From: Clostridia bacterium
GTDB lineage: Bacteria; Bacillota; Clostridia; CAKSNL01; HGM11501
DNA: 64,000 nt
Assembly (NCBI GenBank): GCA_045545475.1
Contig: JAZQAZ010000008.1
Coordinates: forward strand, 96,001 to 160,000
Reading direction: 5' to 3'
Shown here: piece after piece, positions 1-7,900 of the stretch
How positions within the stretch are numbered: position 1 is the stretch's first letter
How the letters are laid out: each line of letters starts with the position of its first letter
Translations under genes and position numbers: made by a program
The notes under the pieces: model-generated
The model's input: the letters and a program-made list of their open reading frames with translations, nothing else
Databases searched by the model: none
Told to the model about the DNA's origin: nothing

Positions 1-204
1 GTAATTTACGGCAGGAGGAAGTATTATAAGGCTTCCTCCTGAAAGTTCGTAATCTTTGTTTTCAATAACTATTATTCCCATGCCTGCCAGAACATAAAAC
101 AATCTGTGGTCATAGGCTTTTCTCGGGCCTTCTCCTTCTAAAATGGCAGGAGTAACAAGGGCATTTCTTATAAAGGGATTGCATTTTTCTAAGGGCAACG
201 ACAT
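1..204 (-). CDS. AraC-family regulator, N-terminal cupin part (runs off window)
   Basis: Hand translation MSLPLEKCNPFIRNAL...AYDHRLFYVLAGMGIIVIENKDYELSGGSLIILPP resembles the N-terminus of the AraC at 62147-63019 (DCRLFYILNGNGSIKIEDTVYPL). RBS AAAGGTGA; divergent from the 309 gene. Confidence 0.75.
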   Translation of the reverse strand, partial: MSLPLEKCNPFIRNALVTPAILEGEGPRKAYDHRLFYVLAGMGIIVIENKDYELSGGSLIILPPAVNY

Positions 205-308
205 AACATCACCTTTGTTTTTTGAAGATTTTTATTTGTTTTATGACTTGATAATAGCATAGCTTTAAAATAAAATCAATATGAAAATAAAAAAGGAGTG
301 ATATTATT

Positions 309-2036
309 ATGTTTTACGCAGTTGACAATAACGGGAAAAGAATGGAATTTGAAACAGAAACAGTCGGAAACAGCACTTTTCTTACTCTTAAAAAGGAAAA
401 GTTTGCCGATGCAAAGGCATTGGAGGCACTTACGGAATTTACTTCGGCAAACGCAGGTGAAGACGGATTTTACATTGTAACAAGAAATACATATAAGTAT
501 GGGGATTTATATACAACCTTTACCGAAGTTCCTGACGAAGAAGTTTTTGTGTATGACCCCGTATTGGCGTGCTCTGCAATAAAGACCGCCCGTTTTTGCG
601 GACTTATCCGTTTTGAAAGAAATTATCAGGCATCTTTCAAAGTAAAGGTAAAGGATAATAAATATTCTTTAAGCCTTGTTTTTCCCTTTGGTGGACCGGA
701 AAAACACAGATCTCGTGATGCTGCATACGACGATATCAGAATAGAACTTGTGGAGCTTCCGAGAACATCGACTATAGGTGATTTTGCAAAGGCAGAGCGT
801 GATATAAGACTTAAAAGGGGAGAAATAACGACTCTCGCTGAAAAGTGCGAAAGGGAAGTTGTTGAATATTCAAGAAAGCATCCCTTAATCCGTATCAGAA
901 TGGCGTGGAAGGAAAGTCCTTCTCCCATAAAGCATCAGCACGCAGGAAACGAACCTATGATGCATAGAGCCGTTACCTTTGCGAGAGTAAGGGATATTGC
1001 AGACAGCCTTAAAGCCAAAGGCGTTGAAGGTGCTGACCTTCAGCTTGTAGGCTGGAATAAATCGGGACACGACGGAAGATTCCCTCAGCTTTTCCCGGTA
1101 GAGCCTATGCTGGGCGGTGAGGCAGAGCTTCGTAAAACTATAGAATATGTAAAATCTCTCGGCTATAAAATTTCTCTCCATATAAGTACTCTGGATGCTT
1201 ATGAGGTAGCTGATTGCTTTAAGTGGAACGATATAACAGTAAGAGATGACGGAACCTATCTTCAGAGAGGTGACTACGGCGGAGGATATCCTTATATCGT
1301 TTGCCCCAAAAAGCAAAGAGAAATAAATAAAAAGCATTTAGAGAAAATAAAAGCCCTTGGCGTAAACGGTATGCATTATACCGACGAGATTTCTATTATA
1401 CAGCCTGATACTTGCTACTCTGAAGAACACCCCTGCACAGGAAAAGAAGGAATTAAAGAATATCTTGGCATTATGAAAGATACCAAGGAAGCTCTCGGAG
1501 GATTTTCTTCCGAAGGCACATATGATTTTTCAATTCCCGAACTTGATTTCGGTCTTTATGTAAGCTTTGGCGCAAGTTTCGGAATGGTGCCTCCCTTCGG
1601 CGGAAACTTTATCCCGTTTTTCGAGCTTGTTTATCACGGTATTATACTCTATAATCCCATGAGTCCTACCGTTAACTATACAATTAAAAGTGCCCGAGAC
1701 AGACTTGTATTCTTCTTACGAGGAGGAAGGCCTTCCTTCTACATTTACTCCCGATTCAAGGGCGACGGTTCTGACTGGATGGGAACTGTTGACTTAGAGG
1801 TTGACAGCAACGAAAGCCTTGACAGAGCAACCGATGCAATTGCAAAAGGAGAGGCTGAATACAAAGAATTTGCGGACCGACAGTTTATATTTATGAAGGA
1901 TTATGTTGTCATAGGGGACGGAGTTGAAGCGGCAATTTATGAAGATGGGGTAACAATAGCCGGAAACTTTTCAGAGGAAGATAAGGTTTATGAAGGACAC
2001 GTTGTACCTGCAGGGGACTTTATCGTAATAAAATAA
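309..2036 (+). CDS. DUF5696-like / GH101-GH129-related putative glycoside hydrolase
   Basis: 575 aa; motif LVGWNKSGHDGRFPQLFP..LGGEAELRKTIEYVKSLGYKISLH; NGMHYTDE and FSSEG candidate catalytic residues; RBS AAGGAG; no signal peptide. Confidence 0.6.
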   Translation: MFYAVDNNGKRMEFETETVGNSTFLTLKKEKFADAKALEALTEFTSANAGEDGFYIVTRNTYKYGDLYTTFTEVPDEEVFVYDPVLACSAIKTARFCGLIRFERNYQASFKVKVKDNKYSLSLVFPFGGPEKHRSRDAAYDDIRIELVELPRTSTIGDFAKAERDIRLKRGEITTLAEKCEREVVEYSRKHPLIRIRMAWKESPSPIKHQHAGNEPMMHRAVTFARVRDIADSLKAKGVEGADLQLVGWNKSGHDGRFPQLFPVEPMLGGEAELRKTIEYVKSLGYKISLHISTLDAYEVADCFKWNDITVRDDGTYLQRGDYGGGYPYIVCPKKQREINKKHLEKIKALGVNGMHYTDEISIIQPDTCYSEEHPCTGKEGIKEYLGIMKDTKEALGGFSSEGTYDFSIPELDFGLYVSFGASFGMVPPFGGNFIPFFELVYHGIILYNPMSPTVNYTIKSARDRLVFFLRGGRPSFYIYSRFKGDGSDWMGTVDLEVDSNESLDRATDAIAKGEAEYKEFADRQFIFMKDYVVIGDGVEAAIYEDGVTIAGNFSEEDKVYEGHVVPAGDFIVIK

Positions 2037-2047
2037 GGAGCGGAAAA

Positions 2048-2596
2048 ATGGAAGTTTTCAAAGAATGGCTGTTTTCGGGATTTGACAACCCGAAGGCGAT
2101 AGCCGCACAGATTATAGGAATTATTCCGATTTTAATTTCAATTTTTATCTATACACAGAATACGCGTAAAAAGATAGTGATTGCAAAAGCCACCATGGAT
2201 TTATTTCTTGCAACACATCTTATACTCCTTGAAACATATACAGGAGCACTGCTTAATATTGTTGTAACCATAAGAAATCTTCTGTTTCTTAAAAAAGAAA
2301 AGATGGGAAAATGGAAAAATATAACTTTAGCCTTTTTTGCGTTTTTCATCATACTTTGTGCAATTCCTGATTTTTCGGGATTCAAGTCGTTATTGCCCGT
2401 AACAGGCTCTCTCTTTGCCCTTATAGGTTTCTGGCAGGATGATATTAAAAAATTAAGATTATTAAATCTTGTAAGCACTTCGCTTTGGCTTATATATGCA
2501 ATATGGGTAGTATCAGTTCCTACGGCATTTATAAGTGCTTTCTCAATTATATCTATTTTAGCAGGGCTTATCCGCTCCGCAAAGGATAAAAACTGA
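2048..2596 (+). CDS. YgjV-family inner membrane protein
   Basis: 182 aa, multi-TM; AQIIGII..., YTGALLN, LRLLNL..LWLIY pattern. Confidence 0.7.
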   Translation: MEVFKEWLFSGFDNPKAIAAQIIGIIPILISIFIYTQNTRKKIVIAKATMDLFLATHLILLETYTGALLNIVVTIRNLLFLKKEKMGKWKNITLAFFAFFIILCAIPDFSGFKSLLPVTGSLFALIGFWQDDIKKLRLLNLVSTSLWLIYAIWVVSVPTAFISAFSIISILAGLIRSAKDKN

Positions 2597-2623
2597 ATTA
2601 ACAAAAATTTCTTAAAGAAAATG

Positions 2624-2637
2624 CGAACAAATGTTTG
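2624..2637. promoter_or_regulatory. LexA (DinR/Cheo) SOS box overlapping the -35 element
   Basis: CGAACAAATGTTTG matches the Firmicute consensus CGAACRNRYGTTYG. Confidence 0.8.
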
Positions 2638-2663
2638 CATTTTCTTTTTTGTTGTGGTATAAT
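2635..2663 (+). promoter_or_regulatory. sigma-A promoter of the radical SAM operon
   Basis: TTGCAT-17 bp-TATAAT with TGn extended -10. Confidence 0.8.
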
Positions 2664-2683
2664 GGGAAAAGATGAAGGAAATC

Positions 2684-2752
2684 GTAGGGCAGAATCTTGT
2701 TCCTGCCGTATGATTTTGATGAAAAATCGGTTGGAGTAAACCCCAACCCTAC
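2684..2752. repeat. Inverted pair of GTAG-type REP hairpins (REPIN-like)
   Basis: GTAGGGCAGAATCTTGTTCCTGCCG on + and GTAGGGTTGGGGTTTACTCCAACCG on -; each is GTAG plus a GC-rich hairpin. Confidence 0.65.
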
Positions 2753-2770
2753 AAAAAAGGCGGGATTTTT

Positions 2771-4060
2771 ATGGATATTCGAGAAAAGCTTTTAATACTT
2801 GGTGATGCGGCGAAATATGACGTAAGCTGTTCATCCAGCGGCTCTGGAAGGGAAAACACAAAGGGCGGAATCGGAAATGCAATGGCGTGCGGTTGCTGTC
2901 ACAGCTTCACAGCGGACGGAAGATGTATTTCGCTTTTAAAGGTGCTTATGACAAACTACTGCATTTATGATTGCAAGTACTGCATCAACCGTCGCTCCAA
3001 CGATGTGAAAAGGGCGGCGTTTACCCCGAGGGAGCTTGCGGATTTAACCATTGAGTTTTATAAAAGAAATTACATCGAAGGACTTTTCATAAGCTCCGGC
3101 ATAATAAAAAGTCCCGATTATACTATGGAGCTTTTCATCGAAACCCTCCGCATTTTAAGAAAAGAATATCGCTTTAACGGCTATATCCATGTAAAGGCGA
3201 TACCGGGAGCGGACGATGCCTTAATAAAGGAAACGGGGCTTATGGCAGACAGAATGAGCGTGAATATCGAGCTTCCCTCGGAAATGTCATTAAACCGCCT
3301 TGCACCGGATAAAAGCAAGGCAGGCATTCTTAAGCCTATGGGTCTTATAACGGACAAAATAAGGGAAAACAAAAACGAGCTTACATTATATCGCCACGCA
3401 CCGAGCTTTGTGCCCGGCGGTCAGAGCACACAGATGATTGTGGGAGCGACGAAGGATTCCGACAGACAGATAATAAACCTTGCGGAAGGACTTTATAAAA
3501 AATATTCCCTTAAAAGAGTGTACTATTCTGCCTACATCCCGATGAATGATGATTCCAGCCTTCCCAGCATCTACGGAAAGCCGCCGCTTCTTCGTGAACA
3601 CAGAATTTATCAGGCGGACTGGCTTATGAGGTTTTACGGCTTTAAGGCAAGTGAGCTTCTATCTGAAGAACGCCCCTTTTTCAGCGAAAATTTAGACCCG
3701 AAGTGCGATTGGGCACTGCGTAATTTTCACCTTTTTCCGTTGGATGTAAATACCGCAAGCTATGAAATGCTCCTGCGAGTACCGGGAATAGGCGTTACAA
3801 GCGCAAAAAGAATAGTAAAGGCAAGAAGAGTTGCCCATCTTGATTATCAGACACTTAAAAAAATAGGTGTGGTATTAAAAAGGGCACAGTTTTTTATAAC
3901 CGTGAAAGGAAAGTATTTAAATCCGTTTCCGAAAAAGGAAAAATTTGTCGAGGCTAATCTTGAAATTGGTGCTATGCCACGCCTGGGCGGATATGAACAG
4001 CTGTCCCTTTTCGGAAACAACTTATTGGAGGCAAGCTATGGAAACAGTTTATGTGTATGA
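2771..4060 (+). CDS. Putative DNA modification/repair radical SAM protein (TIGR03916-type) with C-terminal HhH
   Basis: AKYDVSCSSSG, CCHSFTADGRCISLLK, CIYDCKYC, REHRIYQADWL, LLRVPGIG. Confidence 0.92.
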   Translation: MDIREKLLILGDAAKYDVSCSSSGSGRENTKGGIGNAMACGCCHSFTADGRCISLLKVLMTNYCIYDCKYCINRRSNDVKRAAFTPRELADLTIEFYKRNYIEGLFISSGIIKSPDYTMELFIETLRILRKEYRFNGYIHVKAIPGADDALIKETGLMADRMSVNIELPSEMSLNRLAPDKSKAGILKPMGLITDKIRENKNELTLYRHAPSFVPGGQSTQMIVGATKDSDRQIINLAEGLYKKYSLKRVYYSAYIPMNDDSSLPSIYGKPPLLREHRIYQADWLMRFYGFKASELLSEERPFFSENLDPKCDWALRNFHLFPLDVNTASYEMLLRVPGIGVTSAKRIVKARRVAHLDYQTLKKIGVVLKRAQFFITVKGKYLNPFPKKEKFVEANLEIGAMPRLGGYEQLSLFGNNLLEASYGNSLCV

Positions 4061-4787
4061 CGGAAGCTTTGAAGGACTTCTTACAGCGGTATTTGATACC
4101 TATGTGCGAAAGGAAGAACCGGTTTTAATATCGGAAAGCAATAATTTTCAGCTTCTTTTGGATACCTTGGTTTATAATGTTGTAACGGACGATGAAAAGG
4201 CGGAACGTGTTATAAACAAGGTGACTGAGGTTGTGGGTAAATATGGCACTCTTACCATTTACAGAGCCTTTCTTTCTAAGGAACAGGGCAGGGCAAAGGC
4301 GATTTTGTACTATATCCGCCTGCTTATGAAAATGGGGAAGGAAGCGGAGCGTTTTTTGGGTAACGAGCACGTTATGAACGTAATGGAAATGGCAAGGAAA
4401 ACGGGAAATGAAGCACATCTTTTAAAGGGCTTTCTCCGCTTCGGTTCACTTTCCGACGGAACCTTTTATGCTGAGTTTTCGCCTAAAACCGACTGCATCA
4501 TTTTCCTTGCAGAGCATTTTAAAAGAAGGCTTTCCGGTGTTCCTTTTATAATTAATGACCTCACAAATAAAAAGGCGGCACTTTGTAAGGACGGAAAGCT
4601 TGATATTTTTCCTTATGAAAGCTTTGAAAAACCTCAATACGATGCTTCTGAAAAGGATTTTAAGAAAATGTGGAAGGATTTTTACGATACCGTGGCTGTT
4701 GAAGGCAGGGAAAACGAGCGTTGCCGTATGACTCATATGCCAAAACGCTTCTGGAAGCACATTATTGAAGTTTCGGGAGAAGTGTGA
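4038..4787 (+). CDS. Probable DNA metabolism protein TIGR03915/DUF4130
   Basis: YDGSFEGLLTAVF, EAHLLKGFLRF, HMPKRFWK; ATG at 4038 after GGAGG, overlapping the upstream partner gene. Confidence 0.9.
   Translation: METVYVYDGSFEGLLTAVFDTYVRKEEPVLISESNNFQLLLDTLVYNVVTDDEKAERVINKVTEVVGKYGTLTIYRAFLSKEQGRAKAILYYIRLLMKMGKEAERFLGNEHVMNVMEMARKTGNEAHLLKGFLRFGSLSDGTFYAEFSPKTDCIIFLAEHFKRRLSGVPFIINDLTNKKAALCKDGKLDIFPYESFEKPQYDASEKDFKKMWKDFYDTVAVEGRENERCRMTHMPKRFWKHIIEVSGEV
4652..4759 (+). repeat. Direct repeat A, copy 1 (3' end of DUF4130 gene)
   Basis: About 108 bp nearly identical to 9491-9597 (three substitutions, one 1-bp indel). Confidence 0.95.
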
Positions 4788-4795
4788 GAAAAGTG

Positions 4796-4824
4796 TTGAA
4801 GTTGGTAATTAGGTGTGTTATAAT
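4796..4824 (+). promoter_or_regulatory. sigma-A promoter of the vWA gene
   Basis: TTGAAG-17 bp-TATAAT with TGn. Confidence 0.65.
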
Positions 4825-4857
4825 AGATCTGTTAATAATTGTTAGGAGGAAATAATT

Positions 4858-5586
4858 ATGCCTTATGTAGAAGATTTATTTGAACAACCAATGAGGGAAC
4901 AGACTATTTTCTTTATTCTTGATACATCAGGAAGCATGAATTTAGAAGATTCAATTATGCATCTTAACAGGGCGATTCGTGAAACTACACTTTTTTTGAG
5001 AGAAAAAGCAGAAGAAATCGAGGACTATATAATTAAAATTGCTCTCATCGAATACAATAGCGGATGTAGATGGTTAACACCAAGACCTGTGCCGGTACAA
5101 GATTATTCATATGAAGATCTCGTTGCTGATGGTGCAAGCAATATATATTCTGCGTTGTATGAACTTAATTCAAAAATGTCTCGTGCAGCATTCTTCGATT
5201 CACCCGGTGGGCGGATGGTGCCTATTCTTATATTCATCAATGGCGGAGTTGCTACGGAAGATTACAAAAAAGCTCTTGAACAGCTGAAACAAAACAACTG
5301 GTTTAAAATAGCTTATAGGATTGCATTTGCTATTGGCGAATTTGCGGATATAGAGATGTTATCGGAAATTGTCGGGTTCAAAGAAAATGTTTTCCGTGTA
5401 GAGAAAGGCGAAGCTTTTACCGAACTGCTGATAGATAAGATACTGCTGATAGATAAGATGAGAACTTTAAAGTATCATTGTGATTTTGATTTGGACGAAA
5501 GCCTAAAGTATTATTTAGATAATAATATTGTTGTAGATATCGCTACTGAATATGATAAAGAGATTTGGGACGATGTTGAGTGGTAA
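4858..5586 (+). CDS. TerY-like vWA domain protein
   Basis: IFFILDTSGSM MIDAS start, LNSKMSR..FF, L.QNNWFK.A.RIAFAIG..AD, acidic DDVEW end; RBS AGGAGG. Confidence 0.8.
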   Translation: MPYVEDLFEQPMREQTIFFILDTSGSMNLEDSIMHLNRAIRETTLFLREKAEEIEDYIIKIALIEYNSGCRWLTPRPVPVQDYSYEDLVADGASNIYSALYELNSKMSRAAFFDSPGGRMVPILIFINGGVATEDYKKALEQLKQNNWFKIAYRIAFAIGEFADIEMLSEIVGFKENVFRVEKGEAFTELLIDKILLIDKMRTLKYHCDFDLDESLKYYLDNNIVVDIATEYDKEIWDDVEW

Positions 5587-5619
5587 TATATAATTCTTCT
5601 AAATAGAAGGGAATTTAAA

Positions 5620-6531
5620 ATGCAGATAAAAGGCAAAATAAACAGAATTGTAAGATTAAGAATCAATTCGGATGGAGATGGAGTCAGAAGTGTTGTCTTT
5701 TTACAGAATTGTCCATTAAGTTGTTTATGGTGTTGTAATCCAGAAACAAGATTTGGAAAGAAATTCTATGAAAAAGACACAGACGAATTGTACGAATTGG
5801 TTAAGAGGGACATACCATACTTTGATTATTCGGAGGGCGGAGTTACCTTTACTGGTGGCGAACCATTGCTGCAATCTGATTACATTATTGAATTTGCAGA
5901 AAAACATTCAGACATTGGAAATATCGATATAGAAACATCATTATATGCAGACACAGAAATTGTTACTAAAATCACACCATACATAAATGAGTGGATTATA
6001 GATTATAAATGTCATGACGAGAAATCCATATTGAATACACAGGTGTCTCAAATGATGTTATAAAAAAGAATCTTAGATGGCTTGCAAATAGTATTGATAA
6101 GAAAAAGATACATATTGCTTTTCCCATAATTCCCGGAAAAAATGATTCGGGTGATAATATTAATAAAATGATTTCTTTTATGAAAGAAGTTGGCTTGACT
6201 TCTGTTTATTTACATCCATACCGAAAAAAAATCGGAAAGTAAATACAAAAAACTAAATTTGGAATTTGAAGATATACCTTCAGTGCCAACAGAAAGATTT
6301 TTCGAAATACAAAACATGTTCGAGAAAAATGGAATTTCAACAAGCAAAAAGACGGTTTATTTCGAAAAGGAAAAGTGCAGATTTCTAAAGGATACAAGGA
6401 AAAAAATATGTGCTGATAGGAATATTGATATATTTTTTGAGGAATGTAAATATGAGGGGGTATGCCCGGGTATTTGTCCGAAGTGTGAAAGTGAATTGGA
6501 TAAAATTAATGAAGAATACGGGAAAAAGTGA
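5620..6531 (+). pseudogene. Glycyl-radical-activase-like radical SAM protein with C-terminal Cys-rich domain; two frameshifts
   Basis: DGDGVRSVVFLQNCPLSCLWCCNPE, GGVTFTGGEPLLQ. One base is missing at about 6020 (continues EIHIEYTGVSN...PIIPGKND...LHPYR) and there is one extra A in the A8 run at 6224-6231 (continues SESKYKKL...CPGICPKCESEL). Confidence 0.8.
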
Positions 6532-6617
6532 GATGGCATTACGCCTTAGATTGACAATTTAGAGAATGCTAAGATAGAAGTTAATGCATAATTGTTAATA
6601 AGCGTTTTTGAAGTTGA

Positions 6618-6813
6618 TACATTAAAATAGACATTAAATCATTCGTATGGATATGATGCATATGATTTTATGGTAACGAATATGATGGGGGGAAAATATG
6701 GATAGCGAGATTTTGAATATATTAAGCAAGGCATACAAACAGTATGGAAGAGAGGTATTCTGTAATCCGTCAAAATTAAATGTGTATTTACGTGATTTGC
6801 TGGCAGAATATCC
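6618..6813 (+). repeat. 197-bp direct repeat, copy 1 (leader plus first ~39 codons)
   Basis: Near-identical to 7704-7900. Confidence 0.95.
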
Positions 6814-7645
6814 TGTCGAGAGGCGACGTATGTCAGTTGCTGTTTCGGAAGGATTAGTAAAGAAAATGATCGAAGCTGCTGATCGAAATGAATTTTTCAA
6901 TCAATATTTATATGTGGATGTATTGCATAGTTCGTACGGTATGGACAAGATACTGGCTGAGGAAGTTGTGAATATTTTTAGTACAGTGATATTTGTTACA
7001 TCGGCAACGTTTGATAAGATGGAAGTTGAGTTGGTGAAAACAAAAGCAGATGAAGAGAAGGTTTGTGACACAGAAACTAAAAAGCAAATTGCACAGGCAG
7101 ATATGTTATTTGAAAAAGGATTAAAAGAAGATGCGTATAAGCGATACTTGAATATTGCAGAAAAAGACAAAGCACCTGCTGCAATGTGGAGAGTCGCAAA
7201 ATGTCTGCTGCATGGATGGGGAGTTGATGCAGACGAAATTAAGGCAAAGCAATTTTTTATTGAAGCAAGCAATTACAACTACATTGATGCGGTTTATTAT
7301 GTTGCAACAAGTATATATACGGATGACGCTAAAAGATCATTTGACATGTTAAAAAAACTGGCTGATGAACATGCTCACCCCGGAGCTTATTACTCATTAG
7401 GTCGCTTATATGCAAATGGAAAAGGATGCAAACAGGATTATAATGCGGCTTTTGAGATGACAAGAATTGCAGCTGAGAAAAATCATTATTTTGCTATGAA
7501 CATTTTGTCTTCTATGTACTTTGCCGGAGAAGGCGTTAAGCAATCAGATGAAAAAGCAAAAGAGTGGCAGAAAAAGAGTGAATTGGTTCCGCGTACTACA
7601 GAAAAGATTTTCTTGGAAAAGATAAAGAAGGAATCAAGCTTATAG
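6698..7645 (+). CDS. SEL1-like repeat protein with unnamed N-terminal helical domain
   Basis: AYYSLGRLYANGKGCKQDYNAA, AMNILSSMYFAGEGVKQSDEKA, AMWRVAKCLLHGWGVDADEIKA. Confidence 0.85.
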   Translation: MDSEILNILSKAYKQYGREVFCNPSKLNVYLRDLLAEYPVERRRMSVAVSEGLVKKMIEAADRNEFFNQYLYVDVLHSSYGMDKILAEEVVNIFSTVIFVTSATFDKMEVELVKTKADEEKVCDTETKKQIAQADMLFEKGLKEDAYKRYLNIAEKDKAPAAMWRVAKCLLHGWGVDADEIKAKQFFIEASNYNYIDAVYYVATSIYTDDAKRSFDMLKKLADEHAHPGAYYSLGRLYANGKGCKQDYNAAFEMTRIAAEKNHYFAMNILSSMYFAGEGVKQSDEKAKEWQKKSELVPRTTEKIFLEKIKKESSL

Positions 7646-7703
7646 AACAATCTTTTAATGGAGTTAATATTGTCGGTAATTTTGATGCAACAATATTTAT
7701 ATG

Positions 7704-7900
7704 TACATTAAAATAGACATTAAATCATTCGTATGGATATGATGCATATGATTTTATAGTAACGAATATGATGGGGGTAAAAATATGGATAGCGAGATTT
7801 TGAATATATTAAGCAAGGCATACAAACAGTATGGAAGAGCGGTATTCTGTAATCCGTCAAAATTAAATGTGTATTTATACGATTTGCTGGCAGAATATCC
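7704..7900 (+). repeat. 197-bp direct repeat, copy 2
   Basis: Near-identical to 6618-6813. Confidence 0.95.

Noticed and set aside
3945-4037. Longer start for the DUF4130 gene
   Set aside because: It overlaps the radical SAM gene by more than 100 bp; the family-like sequence and GGAGG RBS point to ATG 4038
6551-6575. sigma-A promoter upstream of the SEL1 gene
   Set aside because: TTGACA and TAAGAT are only 13 bp apart; not supportable except as a lone extended -10
6618-7900. 197-bp repeats as CRISPR repeats, integron attC sites or IS ends
   Set aside because: Only two long copies that include coding sequence; no cas, intI or transposase; no clear RYYYAAC/GTTRRRY arms
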